From an uncultured Schlesneria sp. (lineage in GTDB: Bacteria; Planctomycetota; Planctomycetia; Planctomycetales; Planctomycetaceae): 64,000 nt of DNA. Below the pieces are notes generated by a model, which worked only from the letters and a program-made list of their open reading frames with translations, did no database searches and was not told the origin of the DNA. Below, in pieces: positions 20,956-29,393 of this stretch (positions are counted from its first letter, which is position 1; every line of letters begins with the position of its first letter). Location: positions 8,580-72,579 of the forward strand of contig CAIVEI010000058.1 in the NCBI GenBank assembly GCA_903904835.1. The letters are read 5' to 3'. The position numbers were made by a program, and so were the translations under genes.

Positions 20956-22071
20956 ATGACACGTCTACGCCTTTCGACAAAACGCCAGCCGCGCCGCGGC
21001 TTCACCCTGATCGAGCTTCTCGTCGTGATCTCGATCATCGCCGTCCTAGCCTCGCTCATCGCCCCCGCAGTCCAATCAGCCCGCCGTGCCGCGAGAAAAA
21101 TGGAATGCTCGAGTAACATGCGACAAGTTGGCATGGCGATGATTAACTTCGCTTCGAGCAATAACGGAACGTTGCCAGCATTGACAACTACGATCAACAT
21201 CACAAACAACAATGGTAACGGAGTAATGGCTATTGGTTGGCCGATTTCGATTCTTCCGCTTCTCGACAATGCGGCCCTATTGAAGAACATCAAAAATGAT
21301 GCTTTTATCAATTCGGGGGTTGCTACAATTAACGGGCAGGATACCATCGATACGATTGATGATACCGGCTGGATCCAAGTGTTTAGCTGTCCGGAAGACA
21401 TTCATTCCTACCGACGTCCAGGTGGACTAAGTTATGTAGTCAATTCCGGATTTTGGTCTAGCTCAAATTGGGGTATCGGTGAGACTTCTACCAGCACTGC
21501 TACGTCCAGTGGATTTCAGCAAGTTGGTGCGGTAAGTTGGGACGGCGACAGCAATCTTTTTAGTACCACAGATGTGACTGTGCATGCTTCTACCGGCGTG
21601 ATTTGGCGGTCGACGAGTAATTTTCAATCGACGATTGACTTCGTTGCGACGGGTGATGGAAGTTCTACAACCATGTTGGTGTCGGAAAATCTTCAGGCTG
21701 GGAGATGGTTCGACATTGATGCGAACTCGCTCGGCTTTGGAATTCGAATTGTCACCAGTAGCAATCAGCCAACAGCAGCGGAGTTTGTGTTTAACAGCGG
21801 TGTCCCTACACTGCAAACAGAGACTACAACGTTCGCGACACCAGATCCTGCTACACGACCCGATAATTGGTTCATCAATCATAACCTCGGTGCTGTAGAG
21901 AAGACGTCTCCAAGACCTGCCTCAAATCATGCCGGTGGCGTTAATGCAATGATGTGTGACGGGTCGGTCAAGTTTCTCAATGAAAGTGTCGACAAAAATA
22001 TTTACGCGAAGCTCGTTACTTCGAACGGCGTCAACTTCGGCGAACGTTCATTGAATCAATCTGGCTTCTAA
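20956..22071 (+). CDS. DUF1559 / prepilin-type H-X9-DG protein
   Basis: RRG|[36 protein letters not shown]..., and C-terminal [12 protein letters not shown] (H-X9-DG). RBS ggagag before ATG 20956. Confidence 0.88.
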   Translation: MTRLRLSTKRQPRRGFTLIELLVVISIIAVLASLIAPAVQSARRAARKMECSSNMRQVGMAMINFASSNNGTLPALTTTINITNNNGNGVMAIGWPISILPLLDNAALLKNIKNDAFINSGVATINGQDTIDTIDDTGWIQVFSCPEDIHSYRRPGGLSYVVNSGFWSSSNWGIGETSTSTATSSGFQQVGAVSWDGDSNLFSTTDVTVHASTGVIWRSTSNFQSTIDFVATGDGSSTTMLVSENLQAGRWFDIDANSLGFGIRIVTSSNQPTAAEFVFNSGVPTLQTETTTFATPDPATRPDNWFINHNLGAVEKTSPRPASNHAGGVNAMMCDGSVKFLNESVDKNIYAKLVTSNGVNFGERSLNQSGF

Positions 22072-22104
22072 TGGCTTGCACGCCATGCGTGTTGTCAAGA
22101 ACCG

Positions 22105-22137
22105 CCCACCAAGTCTTTCGACTTGGTGGGTTTTATC
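22105..22137 (+). terminator. rho-independent terminator after the DUF1559 gene
   Basis: Perfect 11-bp stem cccaccaagtc/gacttggtggg, loop tttc, then ttttatc. Confidence 0.8.
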
Positions 22138-22251
22138 ATTGCTCAACATTGAAATTATTGGTCGCAATATCATGTTGGCCGTTTGTTTTGTTGTGGGAAA
22201 TTGCTGATTAATGCGCTTCAGCTCGTTGGTTTTCGACTTGAAAATTCCTGT

Positions 22252-24045
22252 TCAGGGGCCGTGTTTTGCGGCTCGCCTTCGGGTTCGCCAATCGATGAGC
22301 CAAGTCTGCATTCGCGCTAGCTCCTGAGGCTCGTACAAATGTCCGCATTCCTGGCCAAACAGTTCGCCTGCCTCTGCGCGAGTGAACAATGATCCTGGCC
22401 AAAGTTCTGATCCCCAATAGTCTTGACGGATCTCGGGCCAGTCTGGCTTAGCGAAGACGTCAGCATTGCGAAACCAGAAGAACGCACCACTGAAAAACCA
22501 GTGGTGCTTCGCGCCCCCTTCCCAAGGGGTTGTGCGAATAAAAGGGCCGGTCGTCGGATGATGGTCCAGCGACGCCTGGACATACGCCGCATCGTCCAGG
22601 CAAACCTCATAAAGCATTTCTGTCCAATCCCGAGTATGTGTCGGATCGTCGTATTTGACCCCTTTGGCGTGTCCGTAAAACGTGACCGAACCATCGTCTT
22701 TGGGCAGTGTCTCCAAAAGTTTTGCGAACGTCGCCACTTCGCCAAGCTGCGGGTCATTGGGAACGACGATCCAGTTGTCGATTCGAATTCCGTGAAAGGC
22801 GGCCTGAATCGTCTCCAACGATTCCGCCTCTTCGGACGTCGCAACACCGATCGACCGGATTCCGTCGAACTGGTTGATTCTTTGAAGTAGCTGATCGACA
22901 TTCCATTTCCAGACAGAAGTCGATTTCCGTGGCCAGATGTGGTAGATCAGATTTCGTTTCCTGGCTCGACGCGGAGGCCCGGGATCTTTGCTTACGTCGA
23001 TTTCGTTTCCGTTACCAATATCAAAAGATCCCTCGCTTGCGCGTCGGGCTGAGGTGATTTCAGCAAGTTGTTGTTCGGCTTCATCGGCACTGGCTGCGAC
23101 AATGTGTTCGAATCGAGTGAATTCCAGCGACTGCACGCAAGGCCACATCAGGGACGGATGGTACAGGCAGACGCAGGCTTTCCCTTCGCGAACCGCTTCG
23201 GGGATGACGGCCTTGAACCAGCCATGCAGTCCCTCTCGGGCATTTGGCGAGGCGATTGCCTGGCAGATGCCACGGTCCAGTCGGTGCTCGTTCTGCCAAT
23301 GACCGCGATGCCAGCCTCGCCTCTCTAACTCGATCGCAATCTCCATCGACGATTCGAGAAACACAGCAGGGATTGGTCGATTCTCCCAGGTTTGGTCGAC
23401 ATTCAAGACGTGTGCCGGGTCGACCCAGAACGTGGCAGAATTGGTGTTGCCGCTGATGTTCGAGGGGCCACCATCCTGACCAACCAGCCAGTTTGCAGGA
23501 CAGTAGATTTTCAGGTTGCCCGATTCGTGCAGTCGCCCGAGGTGATGATCGATATGTTCGCCATTTTGAAAAGGAACGGTGTTCAAGTGGCGATAGAGTT
23601 TTTCATAGCCTCGTTTGTGAACGGCAAAGCAATGGGTCCGGTTGACGTTGAAGGGAATGTAAACCTGGTCTGTGATCCGCTTCGGCGGATGCTGGACTTC
23701 GTGAAGCAATTGGCCGCCAAGATAGGCTTGTTCCCAATCATTGGGTAATTCGGCCAGAAAAGCGGACAATTGCTGTTCGAAGTCGGGGCGGAAGATGGCG
23801 TCGTCTTCGAAGACGACGTACGATTCGACTCCCGAGTTATAGCAGTGTTCCAGGATTTGCAGATGGCTGCGGTAACAGCCCCAGGCGCCTCGGCCAGAGT
23901 TCCACCAGTCAGGATGTAAAACCGTATCACCATGCACGGCAGGCCAGACGGTGACGGGCCCGACGCATTTGGGTACTGACACTTGAAATGTTGTCAATCG
24001 ATCGGATTTGAATGGGAGATTGATGACGAATGCTTTTGTGAACAT
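22252..24045 (-). CDS. multidomain glycosyltransferase; N-terminal GT25 (LPS/collagen galactosyltransferase family) domain plus about 400 aa of uncharacterised C-terminal domains
   Basis: MFTKAFVINLPFKSDRL...CYRSHLQILEHC...YVVFEDDAIF is the GT25 signature. ATG at 24045 is internal to track ORF 24168. Confidence 0.7.
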   Translation of the reverse strand: MFTKAFVINLPFKSDRLTTFQVSVPKCVGPVTVWPAVHGDTVLHPDWWNSGRGAWGCYRSHLQILEHCYNSGVESYVVFEDDAIFRPDFEQQLSAFLAELPNDWEQAYLGGQLLHEVQHPPKRITDQVYIPFNVNRTHCFAVHKRGYEKLYRHLNTVPFQNGEHIDHHLGRLHESGNLKIYCPANWLVGQDGGPSNISGNTNSATFWVDPAHVLNVDQTWENRPIPAVFLESSMEIAIELERRGWHRGHWQNEHRLDRGICQAIASPNAREGLHGWFKAVIPEAVREGKACVCLYHPSLMWPCVQSLEFTRFEHIVAASADEAEQQLAEITSARRASEGSFDIGNGNEIDVSKDPGPPRRARKRNLIYHIWPRKSTSVWKWNVDQLLQRINQFDGIRSIGVATSEEAESLETIQAAFHGIRIDNWIVVPNDPQLGEVATFAKLLETLPKDDGSVTFYGHAKGVKYDDPTHTRDWTEMLYEVCLDDAAYVQASLDHHPTTGPFIRTTPWEGGAKHHWFFSGAFFWFRNADVFAKPDWPEIRQDYWGSELWPGSLFTRAEAGELFGQECGHLYEPQELARMQTWLIDWRTRRRAAKHGP

Positions 24046-24089
24046 GTTTCTGGCCTGTGCAAATGGACTCACTACAAAAGAGTTTTGAC

Positions 24090-24114
24090 CACGAATCTCA
24101 CGAATGACACGAAT
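24090..24114. repeat. three CACGAAT (ATTCGTG on - strand) direct repeats at 9-bp spacing
   Basis: cacgaat at 24090, 24099 and 24108, 45-70 nt upstream of the GT25 start. Confidence 0.7.
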
Positions 24115-24220
24115 AAGAATTAGTAAAAAGTGTTTAAGAACGATAAGAAGTTGAAGAAGCTTAGCCACAGACGAAAACTGAGGAGGGATTCTGAATCTTT
24201 AGGGATTTAGAGCCGGGGAA

Positions 24221-24398
24221 TTGAACAGAAGGCAACGAAGGTAACGAAGGGGGAAAAGAAAACCGAAGACCGATCAGACAATGAATTCAAACTGGTCTAC
24301 GGGGTTTGGCGGGCGATGCTGCCGGGAGTGGACCAGGTTTGAGTAGACAGCTGGATTCTTCCAACTCTTCCTTCGTTGCCTTCGTTTCCTTCTGTTAA
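24221..24398. repeat. inverted pair of repeat family B (TTGAACAGAAGGnAACGAAGGTAACGAAGG)
   Basis: 24221-24250 (+) and 24367-24398 (reverse complement). Further copies at 46583-46619 and 46933-46968. Confidence 0.8.
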
Positions 24399-24499
24399 AA
24401 TGTTTTCTCTGTCGGTCTTGTGGTTGATCGATCAGTGCCTGGTTTATATACGAAGCTCACGTTTCATTAGCAGTTTATTAAGTCAGCGATTTATCGAAG

Positions 24500-24543
24500 C
24501 CAGGGCAAAGGCCCATAAACACATCCTTAGAGGGGAGTGGGGT
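24500..24543. repeat. repeat family G copy (CCAGGGCAAAGGCCC...GGGG.GTGGGG)
   Basis: ccagggcaaaggcccataaacacatccttagaggggagtgggg. Matches arm 2 of the inverted repeat at 28553-28590. Confidence 0.65.
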
Positions 24544-24555
24544 TTCGCTTCGTTG

Positions 24556-24867
24556 TCACTTGAGCCTCTGGACGTTCTCGACGAACAGACGGCTGGCCAG
24601 TTCGAGATCGGCGAGGGGAAAATTCATGGCGGTTCGGTCGAGGATCAGTTTGTCATGATCGACATGGAAGACGGCGATCAGCCATTTCCCGGCCTTACAG
24701 GCACGGTCCAGACTGGCGGCGACATCGGGTGGCATCTTGGTGACAATATTGTCCGCTGAATCGGTCAGTCGTGCCTTACCATCTGGTTCCGTCCCATCCG
24801 TCGCATGCGTCCCATCAGTCCCATGTGTTTTTGAAACTTTCTTGCAAGTTGCTTTTTTCATTTCCAT
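24556..24867 (-). CDS. hypothetical protein (103 aa), last gene of the phage-like operon
   Basis: Start overlaps the upstream stop (ATGGAAATGA), which suggests translational coupling. No recognisable motif. Confidence 0.5.
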   Translation of the reverse strand: MEMKKATCKKVSKTHGTDGTHATDGTEPDGKARLTDSADNIVTKMPPDVAASLDRACKAGKWLIAVFHVDHDKLILDRTAMNFPLADLELASRLFVENVQRLK

Positions 24868-25373
24868 TTTCCCAAAGGGCAGGCCTCGGTTGCCAGGGCC
24901 AGTTTGTTGATTAATTGGTTGGTTTCGACACAGGGGCAGCCACAGACCCGGCAGTGGTTGTCAACGAGGTGTGGGCATGCCTGGCAAATTGCCAGGCGTT
25001 CATCGATTTCCGCTTGAGTCCGTCGAGGCATCCCGGATGACGTCCATCGAAACATCGCACTGGCGAAGTTCACGCCACGAATGATGAGTGGTGGAACGGT
25101 GTTGTCTTCCGTCGATTGCGGGGTGTTTTTGAAATCATGATTTGTAATCAGAGCGCGTTGAAGGCGTGCGCGTTTTGCAATGTCTCCGGTCGACCCCAAC
25201 GGAAACGATTCAACGATGTCCAGCAGCTCCGCCGCTAATTCCGGTCTGCCAAAAATGCGGCAGCATTCGGCGAATTCAATAGCCCGTGAAAGAGACTGAA
25301 CTGAGTTTTCACACGGGTTTGTCCCTCGTATCGAAATAACAGCATCAACAATCACCTGACAGTTCTTCACCAT
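24858..25373 (-). CDS. hypothetical Cys-rich (putative zinc-binding) protein, 171 aa
   Basis: C-terminal ICQACPHLVDNHCRVCGCPC...EACPLGKW cysteine cluster. Start overlaps the upstream stop. Confidence 0.55.
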   Translation of the reverse strand: MVKNCQVIVDAVISIRGTNPCENSVQSLSRAIEFAECCRIFGRPELAAELLDIVESFPLGSTGDIAKRARLQRALITNHDFKNTPQSTEDNTVPPLIIRGVNFASAMFRWTSSGMPRRTQAEIDERLAICQACPHLVDNHCRVCGCPCVETNQLINKLALATEACPLGKWK

Positions 25374-25792
25374 GTTACCTTGATATTATATTTGTTGCAG
25401 CCTCCGGTCCCTGAAGTCGTAATTATCATGCCGTTTATTGGTGTTAACGAAGATCCAGTCGAGTCGCAAAACGCATCAATTACGTGGATTTGAAGTACAC
25501 AGCTGCTTATTCGGCAGACGAGCGCAAATGACTGTGTAAAGAATCCACTGGACGATGCCGTCCAAGAGTCGGTGCCCGGGTCATATGTCAATGTTTTTGA
25601 AGTTAATCCGCCATCGAAAATTGTCCCGGAAACAATCGTGAACATGACAATCGCAGTCAAAGGCGGGCATCCGCAGGTTATCGCGTTAACTGTTCCTGAC
25701 GAACTCGAACTACTGCTAGAGGACGACGATGAACCACAACAGGGGCAGCCCTTGAGAACGACGATGTCACCGGGATTTGGCATCAGCAGCAT
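25367..25792 (-). CDS. hypothetical poly-Ser/Cys protein (about 141 aa), possible fibre or receptor-binding component
   Basis: MLLMPNPGDIVVLKGCPCCG-S12-GTVNAITCGCPP. ATG at 25792 overlaps the stop of the upstream gene. Confidence 0.5.
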   Translation of the reverse strand: MLLMPNPGDIVVLKGCPCCGSSSSSSSSSSSSGTVNAITCGCPPLTAIVMFTIVSGTIFDGGLTSKTLTYDPGTDSWTASSSGFFTQSFALVCRISSCVLQIHVIDAFCDSTGSSLTPINGMIITTSGTGGCNKYNIKVTW

Positions 25793-26397
25793 CCTCTTGC
25801 CTGGCCGTAGGTGACGGTCAGTGAGCCACCCGCACAACTGACTCCAGTGACAACCGTGATACATCCGCAGGGGGCGGTGCTGCTGGATGAACCCGATACG
25901 GACTGAGACGACGTGTTTGAACTGGAACTACTACTGCTCGACGCCGAACTTGACGATGAGTTGCAGATTGACGTAGGGACACGCTCGAACGTTCGCAGAA
26001 ACATCGATCGTTTGGGAATGCCTCCGTTTTGACTGTGACCTTGAGCAAAAAATCCGACGGTATTACTGTTTCGTGTCAGCACCCACGATCCATCCGTCGG
26101 CCCCCATTCTTCACCGGGTGCGGGATCGCTGATCGTTGGATCGACCGACACGTAAATGAACTGGTCAAAATAGGCCAATCCTTTGGCACCGGAGGCAATC
26201 GAAATATTTCCCGTGACCATGATATTGCCTGGTTTGCCGCAACCGTACTGGCCGACATGTGTAAATGACGTTGCCTCATTGTTTGTCGTTGCGGCGATCG
26301 TTTCGACGGACAGCGCAACGACGATTGATCGGGGTGGAATGGTCATTCCCGAATCGTTCTGAATGACAACGCTGATGTTTGGGGCAAGTGCGGTCAT
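25783..26397 (-). CDS. hypothetical protein with C-terminal poly-Ser/Cys region (204 aa)
   Basis: ATGA overlap with the upstream gene. C-terminus ICNSSSSSASSSSSSSSNTSS...APCGCITVV...GCC. Confidence 0.55.
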   Translation of the reverse strand: MTALAPNISVVIQNDSGMTIPPRSIVVALSVETIAATTNNEATSFTHVGQYGCGKPGNIMVTGNISIASGAKGLAYFDQFIYVSVDPTISDPAPGEEWGPTDGSWVLTRNSNTVGFFAQGHSQNGGIPKRSMFLRTFERVPTSICNSSSSSASSSSSSSSNTSSQSVSGSSSSTAPCGCITVVTGVSCAGGSLTVTYGQARGCC

Positions 26398-28262
26398 GTA
26401 TTCACATTCCCCAGGTAAGCGTTACGTCTGGCCGATTCGTATTTGACGTATTGGATTTTCTCTGAGATTCCCTGCCGCGCCGTCATCTGCCGTCGTTCTT
26501 CATAGTCTGGCGTGATATAGCTGTGTTCTGTCCCCTGACTGGCGATTGTCGAGGCGCCACTTTTGTTGATCGAATACGTCACCTGACAAATTGCGCCATC
26601 CATGTCGATGGGGAAGAGGCCGATAAACGTGGCCCGCTCGCTCGTCACCGTCTGAAACTTCCTGGCGAGCGATTGCGCGTAGTATTGGCACTGATCGACG
26701 ACTTCACCGTAATTTGTGGTGTAGGCTGAGGGGAGTCCATTGAAATAGCTCTGAACAATAACGGTGGGCCGGATATCGTCTCGAATCACGGTGTAGGCAA
26801 AGTCCTTGTCGCTGCCGCTGCCGATCTGCATCAGAAATTCGTAACGAATCGGCTGCCATGTGTCCGGGTCGCGTACCTGAAATGCATTCGTGAATGCGAG
26901 ATTCGCTTCCACCCATTCAATCGAGCTCGTATTCCTGACGACCTTTCCCTCCACGACGGAGGTGTATGAAACCGTCGTCGGATTGATTTGCTGCAACAAC
27001 TTTGGTGATACGGAAATGATCGACCGGTCGGTATCAACCGGGTCGAGGCTTAACGAAAACGAGGCTCGTTCATCCTCGCCGGAATCAGATTTCGCCCCCT
27101 GTTTATCGATTCGCGTGCCGTTCGAGCAATTTGCCAACAGTCCCTCGCACTGTTTTCCGTAGAACGAGCCTGTGATATAGGCAGGCCGTTGATGCAGCGC
27201 GCCCAGATTGTCAGTCCACATCTGCGCGAGTTCATTTGACAGGATGATCTGTTTTCGCGTGACGGGCTTGTCGATCGTCGGGACGGGATAAACCCAGTTT
27301 CCGTTACTGTCTTGTGTCGCGCCCGGTGCGTTCTCAAATTCAATTCGATAGGAATTGAAAATGGTCTCTCTCGCAAGCTCCTGGATGCTGATTTTCGTTC
27401 CATCCGGCAGCAGAAATCGAGTTGAATCGAGCCAACGAAATTCAGCACAGTCGTTTTGCCCGAATCCTCCCGACGAAAACGTTTGCGGGGTGCCACTCGA
27501 TGCTTTGATGAGAATTTCGTACGAAAGAGGCGCGTACGACAACTGTCGAAGCGGCTTCCAGCTTAAATCGGTCTCCTTTCCGATGGCCCTCAGCGGCAGT
27601 TGCATTTGATACCTGACAGGTGCCGTCACGATTTTGATGAAGTCAGGAACCTCCTGGGGGTCGATTCCCTGGCCGACATCTTGCGAGGGAAAGTTTGGAA
27701 GATCGGCACCATCCCCGGTCACAACGATTCGCCAGCTCTGCGTTGAACGAACGGGAACGACTCGACAACCAAGATCATTGCACAGCTTGTCGAGTTCTTG
27801 CGACGCGCTGGTATGGTCCCAGTCACAATCCGGGCGTGCGTCGTTTGGCAGCGCGGTCACGTCAAACGTCGATTCGCCAAGGGCTTGAAACAGTAACGTT
27901 GCAAGCTGTTGCGGAGTCTGCTCGTGGGCGGGGTCAATCCAATTATTCGGCAGTCTGATGTTGTATCGGCCCGTGATAAATCGATGGACCCATTTCCAGC
28001 GGGAATCCATGAATCGGACATCGACAATCTGTCCGCCCCCGCCGACTTCGTATTGTACGGAATCGATATGAGCGGCCGGGATCGTAATCGTCTGATTATT
28101 GTAGGTCATGACGATATCGCCATCCTCATCGGGCAATCCGTATTGCGGGAAGACCTTCATTGTTCCAATCGCCGGCTGGACGCCGGAAATATCGGTGAAC
28201 TCAAACGACTCGACCGCGGTGATGCCGGGATAAGTCACATTTCCGTGGTTATAAAGCGACAT
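26394..28262 (-). CDS. phage tail tip/hub-position protein (about 622 aa)
   Basis: Large gene in the Tal/hub position, second gene downstream of the tape measure. RBS gaggag 5 nt before ATG 28262. No motif recognised. Confidence 0.5.
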   Translation of the reverse strand: MSLYNHGNVTYPGITAVESFEFTDISGVQPAIGTMKVFPQYGLPDEDGDIVMTYNNQTITIPAAHIDSVQYEVGGGGQIVDVRFMDSRWKWVHRFITGRYNIRLPNNWIDPAHEQTPQQLATLLFQALGESTFDVTALPNDARPDCDWDHTSASQELDKLCNDLGCRVVPVRSTQSWRIVVTGDGADLPNFPSQDVGQGIDPQEVPDFIKIVTAPVRYQMQLPLRAIGKETDLSWKPLRQLSYAPLSYEILIKASSGTPQTFSSGGFGQNDCAEFRWLDSTRFLLPDGTKISIQELARETIFNSYRIEFENAPGATQDSNGNWVYPVPTIDKPVTRKQIILSNELAQMWTDNLGALHQRPAYITGSFYGKQCEGLLANCSNGTRIDKQGAKSDSGEDERASFSLSLDPVDTDRSIISVSPKLLQQINPTTVSYTSVVEGKVVRNTSSIEWVEANLAFTNAFQVRDPDTWQPIRYEFLMQIGSGSDKDFAYTVIRDDIRPTVIVQSYFNGLPSAYTTNYGEVVDQCQYYAQSLARKFQTVTSERATFIGLFPIDMDGAICQVTYSINKSGASTIASQGTEHSYITPDYEERRQMTARQGISEKIQYVKYESARRNAYLGNVNT

Positions 28263-28463
28263 TTGCTCCTCACGTTCGTAACCGTTCACGGGCTGGGGAC
28301 TGACGCATTTTCATGGAGACAAACGGCGAGCCCCGATGAGCAAACGACATCGGATTCGTCGTTTGCCCGTCGAAGGGTTCTGTCCATGTGCATTGTTCCG
28401 TTGTCCAACGCCGTGAAGGAATTTGCGGTAAGATTCGCGGTGAATCAGGCGATCCGACGAAAC

Positions 28464-28590
28464 CCCACCGCCCCTGCGGCGGTGGTCACCGGGCCTTTGC
28501 ACCAGCTCGAACCATCATTCTCCGACTTAAGCTATTAGGTAAATTCCCAGGGCAAAGGCCCGTTAACCACCGCCTCAGGGGCGGTGGGGT
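28464..28590. repeat. 38-bp imperfect inverted repeat (family G) inside the tail operon
   Basis: Arm 1 is 28464-28501 (ccccaccgcccctgcggcggtggtcaccgggcctttgc). Arm 2 is 28553-28590, its reverse complement with 3 mismatches. Each arm also holds its own 8-bp GC hairpin. Confidence 0.85.
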
Positions 28591-28645
28591 CGGTGCTTTC
28601 ACGGCGTCGCCGCGTTGCCTCAGCCACACTTTTAAAAATCACAGG

Positions 28646-29386
28646 CTATCCCCTTGCATGAGCAAACCCGACGAGCGGGTCTATTGACCTGAATTTGTAA
28701 GACCAGTTAACCGTGTATTCGAGAGGAACTCCGCGTTCCATTTTCGGGCTTGAGTAGGTCACCTGATGACAGTCAGCGCTGCCGGAAAACGCCTGTGGAA
28801 AGATTGGCAATTCAGGAGACGGATTTGGCGTTCGCATGGTCAACGACCCCGATTGAGTCGCATAGAAAAACGAGTTCGTTGAGACCGCTTGCTGAATCGG
28901 CATGCCGCTCAATGGCAACCGTTCGATCATGATTGGCCCTCCGAAGTTATCGCTGAACGACAGTTGTTCGGAATAAGCCAGGAGCGTGTCGGGTGATGAG
29001 ATGAATGTATCCATCTGCAATCCGAACGTGTAATGCAGATATGTCACGGTTTCAGCCCCGCCCATTTCCCCGTGCGAGACCGGGTTTGTGACGATCACGC
29101 CGCCGATCGCATTTGCGGTGTTCAGCCAGAATGGAGTTTGAGAACCATTATTGTCGAGAAACCCGGCGGAATTACCGTTCACAGAATAGGCATTGCGGAT
29201 GGCTGCTAACGAACCGAGTACGGAGGCCTGGCTGTTCGGTCCCTGCTGGACGATTTTCCCTTTCATCGACCATGATTCACGGAAGATGTTGGCGCGTTGC
29301 GTCGGCGAATATTGAATCGTCCGCTGAATTCCAGCGAAGTTCACTTCTCCGTTCGGATGGGTATAGCCGCCGTAATTGAATTGCAT
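28646..29386 (-). CDS. distal tail protein-position gene (246 aa)
   Basis: Immediately downstream of the tape measure (8-nt gap). Assigned by position only. Confidence 0.45.
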   Translation of the reverse strand: MQFNYGGYTHPNGEVNFAGIQRTIQYSPTQRANIFRESWSMKGKIVQQGPNSQASVLGSLAAIRNAYSVNGNSAGFLDNNGSQTPFWLNTANAIGGVIVTNPVSHGEMGGAETVTYLHYTFGLQMDTFISSPDTLLAYSEQLSFSDNFGGPIMIERLPLSGMPIQQAVSTNSFFYATQSGSLTMRTPNPSPELPIFPQAFSGSADCHQVTYSSPKMERGVPLEYTVNWSYKFRSIDPLVGFAHARG

Positions 29387-29393
29387 CTGTTGC

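Noticed and set aside
24376-24759. 127-aa + strand ORF.
   Set aside because: It starts inside family B and G repeats and overlaps the translationally coupled last gene of the phage-like operon on the other strand.
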